Assembly (NCBI RefSeq): GCF_006345805.1
Contig: NC_042997.1
Coordinates: 73,284,001 to 73,348,000, forward strand
Length of the DNA: 64,000 bases
Direction: 5' to 3'
Origin: Octopus sinensis
Lineage: Eukaryota
The position numbers were made by a program, and so were the translations under genes. Each line of letters opens with the position of its first letter. Position 1 is the stretch's first letter. Of the stretch, positions 13,173 through 24,914 are shown piece after piece. The notes under the pieces were generated by a model. The model searched no databases and was not told the DNA's origin. It worked only from the letters and a program-made list of their open reading frames with translations.

Positions 13173-13848
13173 ACCCGCTCTATCCTGTACATATCACTAT
13201 TGTAGCCTCACCTCTGCTAGTAGATTTACTCATCAGCGCATTACCTCCTCTTAACCACTTACACCAGCACAAACTTACATTATATGTAAATTCCTAACAC
13301 GTATTCTACGTTACCCTACTCCAAACCCATATAAACAAATAATTACATACCTACTCTACATTCTACGCCAGCCTATGTATGCATATAATTCTTTTTAACC
13401 GAGAATCATCTAAGATACTTACAAGAAAACTTTCCCTTCCCACCCTCCTTTTCTATATGCATCCTTCATAACTAAATCATATTACGACAATGAGTCTCTC
13501 TACACGCTAGATCGGACTCAGGCTTGTTCCATATTTTACACTAATATATGGCTTCCTGTAATATTTCAATAGACACCTAGGTCATTATTATAGCACCGGT
13601 TTTCCCTAATTAGAGTTAGCTCCTTTACACTGCACCGCCGGTGAACCCTCAGAAGTCACATGCACGTGTGGCATGCCACTGAATAAACATGAGACCACAG
13701 TTCCAACTAACTTATATTCTTCATCCACCTCTTAACGGACTTAACGAAATGTGAACCCCAATATAATGTAAGACACTCGAATCTCTGATCTCTTTTCCGA
13801 TGTAACCATTGATCTTTCACTCTTCTTCTCTCTACCTCTGACTTCTTC

Positions 13849-13932
13849 GTTCTGACGATGTCTACCTTTGGCAGCGAGACAAAAATATAATATATATTTT
13901 CTTCACCATGGTAAATAGAAACGATCGTAAAC
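13849..13932 (+). ncRNA. Type I hammerhead ribozyme with long stem II
   Basis: GTT-CTGACGA-TGTCTACC...GGTAAATA-GAAA-CGATCG-TA-AAC; same strand as and downstream of the Naiad EN fragment; short stem I. Confidence 0.6.
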
Positions 13933-14177
13933 AACTTCACTCTCACTCTTACCTTTATTTACTAATTAAATAATGGCTTACTAGCGCAAAACACACTTCT
14001 GTTTGTTGTTTGTCCTCCACTTTCTTCTTGCCTATATAAATTGAACTACAGTTATCCGCTAAATTACCTGCTGCCGTATACCTTTTGCCGAGGAATATAC
14101 CTACTGAGGTAATTACCAGAAGTGCCTTCGGATATATCTATCAATTAGGGGTTTTAAACACCGCTAACTTATACCTG

Positions 14178-14218
<41 letters not shown>

Positions 14219-14464
14219 GTATGCTTTCTTTCAAGGAATCTAATGCTCTTAGCTTAGTTTTTCCTCGGGGCTTGCCAGATTGGAGCAATCTCAAGAATAA
14301 CCAGCCGAAATTGCGAGGATTATCTGGTTGTTGACTGAAGATAGAAAACTTCGAATGACCCGTCCTTGTTTTCTTTGTATCGTCTATCTGGATGTTTTGT
14401 TGTCCCTTTTTATATGACCTAGTTGTCCGGATGTTTTGCGTTCTTGTCCTATTTTGTATTATAT

Positions 14465-14545
<81 letters not shown>

Positions 14546-14847
14546 TTCAAACTATATATCAACTATACATGAACTATATATCAACTATACATGAACTCTA
14601 AGATGTCTGACTCCGTTGTGTATTATAAATGAATTTCTTGTGTTTGACGGCATGAGCTGTCTTTTTTTATATATAACTTTTTTTGATAAGGTTCATTTCA
14701 GGAGCTGAAACATTTATAATGTATATATAAAAATTAAAAATTGTATAATACAGCAGCATTTTCGAACTTCATTTTTTACAAATATATACCTACTCGTATA
14801 CGAGCTAATCCTATTATAAATATCATATCACGTACGAGCTCCCGAAA

Positions 14848-16248
14848 ATGCCTGCTAAAAAAGACACCAACGACATCTCCTCAATAAATGAAGAGATACT
14901 GAAAGAATTGAAAAGCATAAATTCAAACCTAACAGCAGTGTTAAACAAACTCAACTTAACACCTCGACCTTCTACACAAACTAACGAGGAAACCGAATCG
15001 AATAAAACACCCTCCGAAATATTCGAGAAAGTTGAAAATCTATGCGATACAATGACGACATTCTTCACAAACTTTACGAAACAAGAGCAACAAAAAGAAG
15101 GAACACATGAGACGAACCGAGCAACTTCAACATTACAAATAAAGAACCAAGTCCTCCCCCAATGGAGAACACTACAGCGAAACAGAAAATTTGCTTTTTG
15201 GAAAATGATACAAAATCAGAATAAAGCAGAGATTTACCAAAAATGGCTAGACTCAACACCCCTAGTCATACCCCGTAAATTACAAATCAAGCCCATCTCG
15301 GAAGAACCAGAAGAACAAAGAAAACATAGAGAAAAAATGTCATTAGAAAAAATGAAGATGGAAATAGAACTACTTAAGCTGAGAGCTAAAACGAATGAAG
15401 AAAAAGTAAAAACCATAGACGAGGAAATCAACGAAGAAGTCATCAAACTAATAGACGACATCAATACTGAAACATTACCAGCACTATGGAATGAAGAATG
15501 TGAAAAAGAGGAACTTAAGTCCCTCCAACGATGGGAAAAGAGCGCCATCTGGTTTCTAGATTATGAAACCAACTTCAAAAATGAACACATATCCAACAAC
15601 CCCTTCATAAAATTAAGCAAATCAAAACCAAATACCAACAGAACGGAACAACCACCAAGAAATCCTACCACACTCTACACCAGAAAAGTACACCTAAAAC
15701 ACACCCCACACTACCTACACCAACCCCAAAACACCTACAGAGGCCCACCACACCAGTTCGAAAATAGACATACCAACAGAGCAGAACAACCACCAAGAAA
15801 TACAAACACACTCTACACCAGAAAAATGCATTTAAAACGCACCCCACACTACCTACACCAACCCCAAAACACTTATAGGGTCCCACCACACCATTCCACG
15901 AACCTAAGAGCCACAACATACAATACTATAAAATACAACCCACATAACCAAACCAAAACGCTACTACCAAACATCCACCCCAGGAACCAACCATACAACC
16001 ATAACAAACAACAAGTGCACTACGGAGGAAACAACTACCAACACAATATACCTGAGGAACTAAGACGGAACACTAGGTTCAACAACAGACTCCAGAACAG
16101 AGCACCACAAACTCACTCTGACAATTATAACAACATGAGACAGATAAATAATAGCTTTGAACATAACTACACCAACCATTTTTTAGACCTTACACACAGG
16201 AACAGGGACACACGATGGCAAAGGACAAACAAAAGAAACCTCAGGTAA
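14848..16248 (+). CDS. PLE1 ORF1 (466 aa, coiled-coil-like E/K-rich region then N/H/P/T-rich region)
   Basis: Uninterrupted ORF; its WEK...FKNE...NNPF segment is conserved in PLE2 (57765 onward); contains a 138-bp (46-codon) internal tandem duplication at about 15633-15900. Confidence 0.75.
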   Translation: MPAKKDTNDISSINEEILKELKSINSNLTAVLNKLNLTPRPSTQTNEETESNKTPSEIFEKVENLCDTMTTFFTNFTKQEQQKEGTHETNRATSTLQIKNQVLPQWRTLQRNRKFAFWKMIQNQNKAEIYQKWLDSTPLVIPRKLQIKPISEEPEEQRKHREKMSLEKMKMEIELLKLRAKTNEEKVKTIDEEINEEVIKLIDDINTETLPALWNEECEKEELKSLQRWEKSAIWFLDYETNFKNEHISNNPFIKLSKSKPNTNRTEQPPRNPTTLYTRKVHLKHTPHYLHQPQNTYRGPPHQFENRHTNRAEQPPRNTNTLYTRKMHLKRTPHYLHQPQNTYRVPPHHSTNLRATTYNTIKYNPHNQTKTLLPNIHPRNQPYNHNKQQVHYGGNNYQHNIPEELRRNTRFNNRLQNRAPQTHSDNYNNMRQINNSFEHNYTNHFLDLTHRNRDTRWQRTNKRNLR

Positions 16249-17933
16249 TTAAGATAATCAATCTCTCAAACAAAGAACTTACACCTAACGAAATAAGCAT
16301 ACTCTCCAAAGGACTTAATTTTACACCCACCCCACAACGTTCTAATTACTATGAAATGAAAGATGATATTTCGGAATTTTGCAGAAAACTAAGACTCACC
16401 GAGGCATTTCAAGACAAACAAACAGAGGAGGACTCAATAGCTAGAAACAAGAGCAATTACACCCCCACCAAGGGTAAGAATAAAGCCTTAGACCGCTATT
16501 GTGACTACATAACTAATTTCCCGTTTCAATTCATCAAGAAACAAAAACACAGCCCTAATTTCAATAAAAGAGAATGGAACGACCTCATCAAACTAAGAGA
16601 AAACAAAACAATAACAATTAAGGAGGCAGATAAGGGCAACGCGATAGTAATAATGAATACAAACGATTATAAAAATTTAGTGCTATCCCTATTAACAGAT
16701 GAAACGTATTATGAAAGGGCCCAACAGTATAACCAGCAAAAAATAATGCATAACCTTAGGACATTAATCAACACATACCAAGAAGGACTCACGAACAAGG
16801 AGTATGAATACATCACTAACTTCAAATGCAAATCGAGTTTGTTCTATGGTATCCCTAAGGTACACAAAAGCCAAACCATTAGAGAAACGTGCAAAACATC
16901 CACCGACACACTCATCAAAATCCCTTCACCAAATGATCTTAAACTAAGACCGATAATAGCAGGGCCAGCATGTGAAACTCACCGCCTCAGCAATTTCTTA
17001 GACACACTTCTTAAACCTTTCCTAAAACGCATCAAAAGCTACGTAAGAGACGATATAGGTATGCTCAACCACCTCCCTAAAACAGTCAATGAGAAAACCC
17101 TTCTAGTATCATTCGACGTAGTTAATCTTTATTCTAACATCCCTCACAACCTAGCAATAGAAGCGATCACCTTCTGACTGAATAACTACCCCTTTGAACT
17201 CCCAACTCGCATAAACAAAGACCTTATAATAGAAGGACTTAGATTCATTTTAGAGAACAATTATTTTATTTTTGACAATGATTTCTACAGGCAAAGATCG
17301 GGAACAGCGATGGGCACGCGTACTGCACCATCTTTTGCCAACCTAGTGATGGGATACCTCGAGAAAATACTATACCGGATGACACTCGAGAAATATGGAA
17401 ACACCTTCGCCACCTATATCCATAACAACTGGAAAAGATACCTCGATGACTGTTTCATCATCTGGGACAAAGGTATAGAGAAACTTGAGGAATTTAAAAT
17501 ACTATTAAATGGAATAAATGACAATATACAATTCACGATGGACCACAACGAAAAAGAATTACCATTTTTAGACATCCTCATTAAGAAAACCGGCAACAAA
17601 ATAGAGACAGATATCTACTATAAACCGACAGACTCTAAACAGTACCTACCCTTTGATTCATGCCACCCACGACACACTAGAATGAATGTCCCTTTTTGTT
17701 TAGCTAGAAGGATTTGCACCATAATAGCAGACACAAACACCCGACACACACGTCTCCAGGAACTTAGAACCACACTCACAAATAGAAACTATCCACAGCC
17801 CCTAATAGACAGTGCAATCCAACGGGTACTTAAATTAAGTATAGAAGACCTGAGTCAAACAAAACCAAAAAAGAAAGAAAGAACAATTAAAGACCCTTCC
17901 CTACATCTCTACACACAACCCACTCAACAATGA
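16185..17933 (+). pseudogene. PLE1 reverse transcriptase (one in-frame TGA at 17175-17177)
   Basis: KIINLSNKEL...SKGLNFTP, IKEADKG, FYGIPKVHK, LRPIIAG, SFDVVNLY, GTAMGTRTAP, KRYLDDCF, LPFLD, KQYLPFDSCHP. Confidence 0.9.
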
Positions 17934-17984
17934 GGCTTCAACACCATACTACAAAGCACAGCCCTACTAAAGGGAGACCCAAAG

Positions 17985-18518
17985 ATGAACCGGATCCTCG
18001 AAACACACACCATCATTAAAAGTAAACGGCAACCAAAATCCTTGAAAAGGATTTTAACCCAAGCTACACTGCACTCAACATCAACCACAAAACCAGCAGT
18101 TAGAAAATGTGGAAGGCCCAACTGCGGAATCTGTGTCATCTTCAAAGAAGGATCAGAATTTATACTGGAACAAGGCCACCAGTTCACCATTAGAACAAAC
18201 TTCACCTGCGCATCAGAAAACTTAATTTACGTCATAACATGCGCAGGCTGCAATAGGCAGTATATAGGCCATACAAAAAATAGCTTACGTAACAGGATGG
18301 CGGTGCATAAATCACAAATTAGAAACCCTGATTACCGCAAAATACCGGTCAGCGGACACATAGATAGATGTGCTGGAAATGTAAATCCGAAATTTACAAC
18401 TAACCCGCTCTATAAATTCAGTGACAACGCAACCTTCACACAACGCCAAAATAAAGAACTATATTTCATTAAAAAAAAATTTAGACCAAGTTTAAACACC
18501 CTGGGCCAAGAATACTAA
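17985..18518 (+). CDS. PLE1 Cys-rich linker plus GIY-YIG endonuclease
   Basis: KCGRPNCGIC...NLIYVITCAGCNRQYIGHT...RMAVH; Neptune-type Zn-finger linker. Confidence 0.9.
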   Translation: MNRILETHTIIKSKRQPKSLKRILTQATLHSTSTTKPAVRKCGRPNCGICVIFKEGSEFILEQGHQFTIRTNFTCASENLIYVITCAGCNRQYIGHTKNSLRNRMAVHKSQIRNPDYRKIPVSGHIDRCAGNVNPKFTTNPLYKFSDNATFTQRQNKELYFIKKKFRPSLNTLGQEY

Positions 18519-18686
18519 AACAAAAGATAAGTCCTCCGAAAAGGAGAAGCAAAATTCCACCACGGCCGCTACTTTAAACAGACACTCGCTCTGACGGAAA
18601 TATGCCTTAGTAAAAAAGGAAAAAAATTATTTCGTGCAAATCTGACCCTGATACATACGATACAGCTACGGGTCAGACCCGATTCT

Positions 18687-19058
18687 GATTGGTCAACAAG
18701 TTGATGACGTCTAGCTCTGCTAGAATGGACAGGATACAAACAGGGGACAGTCATTAGTCAGAATATTGATGACGACCTTTTCTGCTTGACTAGTCACCTA
18801 ACAAGTACAGACAGGGGGCAGATCTAATGTAGCTATAAGTCGTGATTGGGCAGAATCTGGATGACGTCCCGTTCTGCTTGACTAACGAAGCGACTGGTCA
18901 AAACAGGAAACAAACAAGAGGCAGTTATAATGCAGCGATTGGTCAAAATAATGATGACGTCCCGTTCTGCTTGACTAAAGCCACCTAACGAAACGATTGG
19001 TCAAAACGTTGATGACGTCACGCTACGCTGGATTGACCACCTAACAGGCATTATAAAA
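18687..19058 (+). promoter_or_regulatory. Candidate Pol II promoter: four ATTGG/TGACGTC modules plus TATA box
   Basis: ATTGG at 18688, 18845, 18938 and 18996, each followed 17 bp later by TGACGTC; TATAAAA at 19052-19058. Confidence 0.55.
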
Positions 19059-19383
19059 CCGAGCACTTCACAAAACCCACTAGAACCACCCAGCGAACAT
19101 CCACCATGGGTCATCACAATTGCTTAAGGTAAAAATGAATTCCTCGCTCTTTCGGAAACATCAATCTTCTGTATTGACCGCTTTCCACCACTTTGATCTG
19201 TTTTTGTATTGAATACGTATCGCCACCGTGGGCCACTGCATCGAACACTTTGAACATATACTTCAAACTATATATCAACTATACATGAACTATATATCAA
19301 CTATACATGAACTCTAAGATATCTGACTCCGTTGTGTATTATAAATGAATTTCTTGTGTTTGACGGCATGAGCTGTCTTTTTT

Positions 19384-19450
19384 TATATATAACTTTTTTT
19401 GATAAGGTTCATTTCAGGAACTGAAACATGTTATAATGTATATATAAAAA
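19384..19450 (+). ncRNA. Hammerhead motif with U3:A8 core variant in the PLE1 pseudo-LTR (more decayed copy at about 14665-14735)
   Basis: TTGATAA-GGTTC-atttcag-GAACT-GAAA-CATG-TT; long AT-rich stem I with mismatches. Confidence 0.55.
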
Positions 19451-19498
19451 TTAAAAATTGTATAATACAGCAGCATTTTCGAACTTCATTTTTTACAA

Positions 19499-19569
<71 letters not shown>

Positions 19570-19577
19570 CACACATT

Positions 19578-19645
<68 letters not shown>

Positions 19646-19656
19646 ATATATGTATG

Positions 19657-19688
<32 letters not shown>

Positions 19689-19792
19689 CATATATATATA
19701 TATTATATATATATGTATACATAAATATATACATATACATATATATATATATGTATATACACACACACACATATATATGTGTGTGTGTGTGT

Positions 19793-20067
19793 GTGGCTGT
19801 GTGGTAAGTAGCTTGCTTACCAACCACATGGTTCCGGGTTCAGTCCCACTGTCTAGCACCTTGCGCAAGTGACTTCTACTATAGCCTCGAGTCGACCAAG
19901 CCTTGTGAGTGGATTTGGTAGACGGAAACTGAAAGAAGCCCATTGTATATATGTATATGTATGTCCGTATATATTTGTGTGTCTGTTCTCTTTTTGCCGA
20001 ATCGCTTGGTTACGGGGATGTAAATACACCAGCATCGGTTGTCAATCGGTTGGGGGGACAAACACAG

Positions 20068-20141
<74 letters not shown>

Positions 20142-20162
20142 ATGTATATATATGTATGTATG

Positions 20163-20201
<39 letters not shown>

Positions 20202-20340
20202 CTCAATTCCGCGCAGTTTCAATCTACCAAATCCATTCAGAAGGCATTGGTTAGACCCCAGGGCTAATGTAGAAGCCATTTTCCCAAGTTGCTACATTTC
20301 AAACCACGTAATTACAAAGTGGTTTCTTAAACACATAGCC
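19793..20340. mobile_element. SINE head (+) followed by minus-strand SINE fragments and microsatellites
   Basis: Matches the family at 1057-1440. Confidence 0.75.
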
Positions 20341-20949
20341 GTGCATCCGCTTATATCTGTATTATCTCGCGTTTATTTATGGTTTCCACACATTATATAA
20401 CTATGTCTCTGTCACCGATAAAGTATGGTGGTATGCAAGCGCATTTATTTCAAATACATTTAAGAAAAACTTTCCGGATATACTTAGTGTTCCAGTTTTT
20501 CGAGTAGCAAATATATTATTAGTCAACGTGAACTCAAAATTATATAGTTTAGATGGAACCAATGGTGTTTGATAAATAACGAACAAAGCTGTTAATCATA
20601 CCTTACAACATTAATTTTAACGGAATATATACAACCATAGCACTTTTCGTTTTCATGATTTGATCAAGGTGAAAAATGTTTTTCAATCCTCAAATAAATA
20701 CATAAATTATTATACTACTTTAATTGGTTTACACTTATAGAAGGTATCATGCCGTCATTCAATAAGGAAACCTCGAGAATAGCAAAAAATGTTGATAATG
20801 TTGGTAAAGAAACCTTATTTTGCTTTTATAACCCACTCCGCTGTTTATACTAAAAACCGAAAACTACAATTTGATATATTTCACCTAAATGTAATAACAT
20901 TTCGAATCAGTAGAAATACATAAATACTGAAGTTAACATCTTTATTCCA

Positions 20950-21170
20950 ATCAATTCAGTTCATATGCGGCCCTCAGACGGCCTGGGGTGTAATATAAAA
21001 TTGAAGCAACTAAAATTTATTCAAACTTGATAGGGCTAAAATATAATAACGATTATTTGTGAGCGTCAGCTAACTTTCAAGACCATGGTATTATTGTCGA
21101 TAAAAACTTAAAATGTACAAGTAGTTTCCTAAGAAAAGCTTTCTATGATATTTAGAAAATTCCAGGAGTG
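20950..21170 (+). pseudogene. Possible highly decayed CR1/L2-type RT C-terminal fragment
   Basis: DHGIIVDKNLK...RKAF resembles the DLGIIVDxNLK thumb motif; nothing else recognisable. Confidence 0.3.
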
Positions 21171-21408
21171 CAATATAGTATAAGTATATAATGTGATACT
21201 CTGCAAATAATACGTATTACCTCAATATATAAAATGAATTTATATGTTGTGATCTCCTGCCAAATTCAATCAATTCTAGAAACACCAGGCTCCCTTAATT
21301 TTAGTAAAATTGTTTTTCCTATTTTTGATATGTTGGCTTACTACCAACATATATTGCATATATTCTCATGTATATACATAGACGACCAGGGGATGTTGCA
21401 GTGCTCCC

Positions 21409-21515
<107 letters not shown>

Positions 21516-21686
21516 CTCTCTCTCTCACTCTCTCTCTCTCTCTCTCTCTCACACAGCCAAACGCACACGTACAAAGTATATAAAAGGTATGCGATTTCTA
21601 CTTTCGATAAAATACAACGCTATATTGAAACTGTCCTTTTAGATTCACACTTTGCACATGGCCATTTACATACATACACACATACA

Positions 21687-21720
<34 letters not shown>

Positions 21721-21830
21721 CATACATATATATGTATATATACATAAATGTGGATATATACATACATGTATGTGTGTATATATATATATATATATATGTA
21801 TGTATATATACATATATACACATACATACA

Positions 21831-21990
21831 TACGAAGGAATGCTGAAAAGTTCCTGGCTTTGGGTAAAAGAAAATACAGGAGGATCAGTTAATTATGATT
21901 TTATTTAACATATTCCCTGCTCAGATTCATATACTTATTGCAGCGGTCCTTCAGCTTTTTTCAGATTTGTAAAAGAACACGGAAATTTGG
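21831..21990 (+). mobile_element. mariner-type terminal fragment
   Basis: TACGAAGGAATGCTGAAAAGTTCCTGGC resembles a mariner TIR start at a TA. Confidence 0.55.
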
Positions 21991-22084
21991 GCCTCCAGTC
22001 AGGCCTTTGGCGATGCCCTTAATGTCAGGAACTACTCAGCCACTCCTGGCATATATGCATGTATGTGTGTGTGTGTGTGTGTGC

Positions 22085-22129
<45 letters not shown>

Positions 22130-22134
22130 ATATA

Positions 22135-22235
22135 TATTACTCTTTTACTTGTTTCAGTCATTTGACTGTGGCCATACTGGAGCACCGCCTTTAGTCGAGC
22201 AAATCGACCCCAAGACTTATTCTTTGTAAGCCTTT
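22135..22235 (-). mobile_element. SINE 3' tail fragment
   Basis: Reverse complement of the GCGGTGCTCCAG...GACTGAAACAAGTAAAAGAG tail. Confidence 0.75.
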
Positions 22236-22803
22236 GAAAACCGTCCAAGGGTCGTTGTGAAGATCTTTTCATTTCCCAGTTGCCCCTGGATGCCATTAAA
22301 AAAATCAATAAACCGACCCCTTATGTTTCAGGTAACAAAAGTCTTTAATACAAGGGACGTAACTCACTTAATCCAGCTGTTTAATCTAAAGATATTAATC
22401 TAAAGATATTAAACCATAGCAAGGGAAACAACTCTTTAAAACTCTGAATTTCCCTCCCTTTGTTATGTATCACACCTCAATACCTGTTTTTTGATTGGAC
22501 GGAGATAATTTTACACATGACAGTTGGATGCGCGTACAGTCTGTATGACAGTCTGTATGACAGTCTGTATGACAGACTGTATGACTTGCAGACAGTCTGT
22601 ATGACTCTGCGCATTTTTGTGTTTTGCGATGATGCGTTATCATGTGTTTTGGTTTTCAAACGTGCAAGCTTTTTTGATTTGAGAAATGCAGGGAATAATT
22701 AACGAGTTAGACCAAGTGAATGACAAGAGAGAGAGGGATTTTCATGAAAGACTAATATGCTTGACTAGTACTAGACCCGAAAACGTCGGGTCATAGTGCT
22801 AGT

Positions 22804-22872
<69 letters not shown>

Positions 22873-23009
22873 TGTATGTATACATTATATATATTTATAT
22901 ATATATATTGATAGAAATGGTAAGACAACAAAAGAATAAAAGAGACCTCGATATTATGTAAATAGAGGAATTTATCTGTAAATATATGTGGCATTTATTC
23001 GGTAGCTAT

Positions 23010-23070
23010 GATAAAACTCCGAGTTTCGAATGTCGGGGCGGAAACCCACGCCGCCATCTCTTCAGTTACC
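23010..23070 (-). ncRNA. Type I hammerhead ribozyme in a PLE-like terminal repeat next to (TA)n
   Basis: GGTAA-CTGAAGA-GATG(GGCGG/CCGCC)CATTC-GAAA-CTCGGAG-TT-TTATC; near-palindromic stem III. Confidence 0.7.
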
Positions 23071-23380
23071 CGGCCATCGAAAAATGCTATGAAAATGACC
23101 GTTAAACAGAGGGAAATTACTGTGTGATTGACCGTTATTAAGACAAGAGAGCTTTTAGAATGACCGGTAAGTGACGAGAGAGAGTAAAGGTAAGGGAGTA
23201 AAAATGTTCATAGTATTCGCGTAAGTTCGCATGTCCATACCTACACATGTGCGCCAACACACCCACGCACATGCGCCTGTTAGTATATACTCATCCACCC
23301 TCACTTGAAACACACATGCTCACCCACACTTTCGCCAAATATATATGTATATATACCCGCATACACGTTTACACACACGC

Positions 23381-24885
23381 TGGAAAAAGCAAAAGTTAAC
23401 CAGGAAAAGTCGGTCGGCTTGCAACTCGGCAACTGGAGGGGCAAGTCGATGAATTCGAACAGCGTCGTAGGACGCTGGAAGGAGGGCCCTATTAAGTTGC
23501 TAGGAATCTGGGTTGGCCCAGATCTCCAGATGGAAAAGAACTGGGCTGAGGTCTCGAGCAGAGTGGCCAGCATAATCAGGACCTGGTCTTGGCGGTGGCT
23601 ATCCTTGAAAGGGAGGGAGGAGGTGGCCAATGTGTTTATCGCATCGGCCATCATATCGTGTTCCGTCTTTCCGTCGTGCCTTGCCCAGATTCGTTGTTAA
23701 ACAGGTTGGAGAGGCAGAAATTTCGCATTTTATGGAAGAACTCCGCTCCACTTGTAAGACATTCTATCTGCTGTCAAAAACCGTTAAAGAGTGGGTTAGG
23801 GATGTCTTGGCTATCTATGCGCAAGCATGCGCTGAGATTGAGGCATCTCTGGCTCTACCTGGATGGTGAACGAGTGTGGTCTCTGTTTACTAGACGGATG
23901 TTTCCCAGTTTTACTAGTTTTGGCGGTAGAGAAGACTGATTTCGCCGAAGATCGAAGTTGAGTACCTGGTATACGGAGTGCCGCAAGGCGCTTCTCCATT
24001 TCCGCAGCTCGGGCAATGCCAGCGGTTTCGGTACCACCGCAGCTTTTTATAGTAGGTTGGTTGAAGCTGGAAATGATGATGCCCTGGGAAGGACCTTGGG
24101 CCTCGATGATAATTAGATGATAATCGAAGAACATTCGGGCCGAAGACACTAGATAATTTCCAAAAGTCTTTGGCCTGGCAGTATTACCGAGAAGCCCTAC
24201 CCGTTCGGGATAAACTCACGTGACACGGCCACCCCGGGCCGACGACATGTCCAAGATGCGGGCGGAGTGTGGAAACCGTCCTGCATGCTATTGTGCAGTG
24301 TCCGGGTATTTCACAAGTCTGGGTTTATGCAGAACACCTGTTGCCAGATGGGAGAAGAGTACAGCTATCGGCTGAGTCAATTTTAAAAATTAACCCACCG
24401 GATTTCCTGAAGGAATGAAGGAATTGTTTTCTCGTGGTAGTAGCAATTGCGAGAGAGGTGATATGGAAGTCGAGAATGAAAGGTATCGTGACAAACACCG
24501 GCGTCTCTGGCCTCGCCCTCATGAAAATGTTCACTTTTTATTTGAAAAGGAAGGTGGGGCTGGAAAGGAGGTGCTTGTCAGAGAGTGAGTTTAAAAAACA
24601 ATGGACGCGTGTAGCACGCATGTTGGGAGTGAAAGGTCCTGCGTGATCACGCTAGTGTGACTAACAGTAGGTCGGTGTTAAAGACAGGGTTCGCGGGGTC
24701 GGAGCATACCTGTTTCGAACACCTCATCTTGTAAATTATTGTTTGTAATTTACTGTTTGTAATTTATTGAATTGTTACTCATTCGATTTCATTATACTCG
24801 TAAAATTTTATTATATCATCCGTTTGTATGTGACCCCGGTCATGTTGTGTTGTTCCCTATATGATGGCTCTTTATGGGTAATAAG
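23381..24885 (+). mobile_element. Tx1/L1-clade LINE, 5'-truncated (RT C-terminus plus zinc finger)
   Basis: KVNQEKSVGLQLGNW...IKLLGIW...LSLKGR...GGLG-like GLGM; TCPRCGRSVETVLHAIVQC zf-RVT. Confidence 0.85.
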
Positions 24886-24914
24886 ACGAAAAACAGATCC
24901 CAAAGTCTAACCAG

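Larger units (their letters stand above)
14541..19507 (+). mobile_element. Near-complete Neptune-type Penelope-like element (PLE1) inserted in (TA)n
   Basis: ORF1, RT and GIY-YIG; direct repeat (pseudo-LTR) at 14541-14788 and 19257-19507; (TA)n on both sides. Confidence 0.9.

Noticed and set aside
13170-13240. Minus-strand CTGATGA...GAAA as a hammerhead
   Set aside because: No stem III or NUH site follows GAAA.
14330-14375. CTGAAGA...CGAAT as a hammerhead
   Set aside because: GAAA is broken and there is no convincing stem I.
17175-17177. In-frame TGA in PLE1 RT as possible readthrough
   Set aside because: The homologous position in PLE2 reads TTC TGG (FW), so this is a simple TGG-to-TGA nonsense mutation.
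22520-22610. 12-bp tandem GACAGTCTGTAT repeat as a CRISPR-like array
   Set aside because: It is a short head-to-tail minisatellite without spacers, in a eukaryotic context with no cas genes.
22760-22800. GACCCGAAAACGTCGGGTC as a hammerhead
   Set aside because: It is a simple hairpin with no CUGANGA-type core in position.
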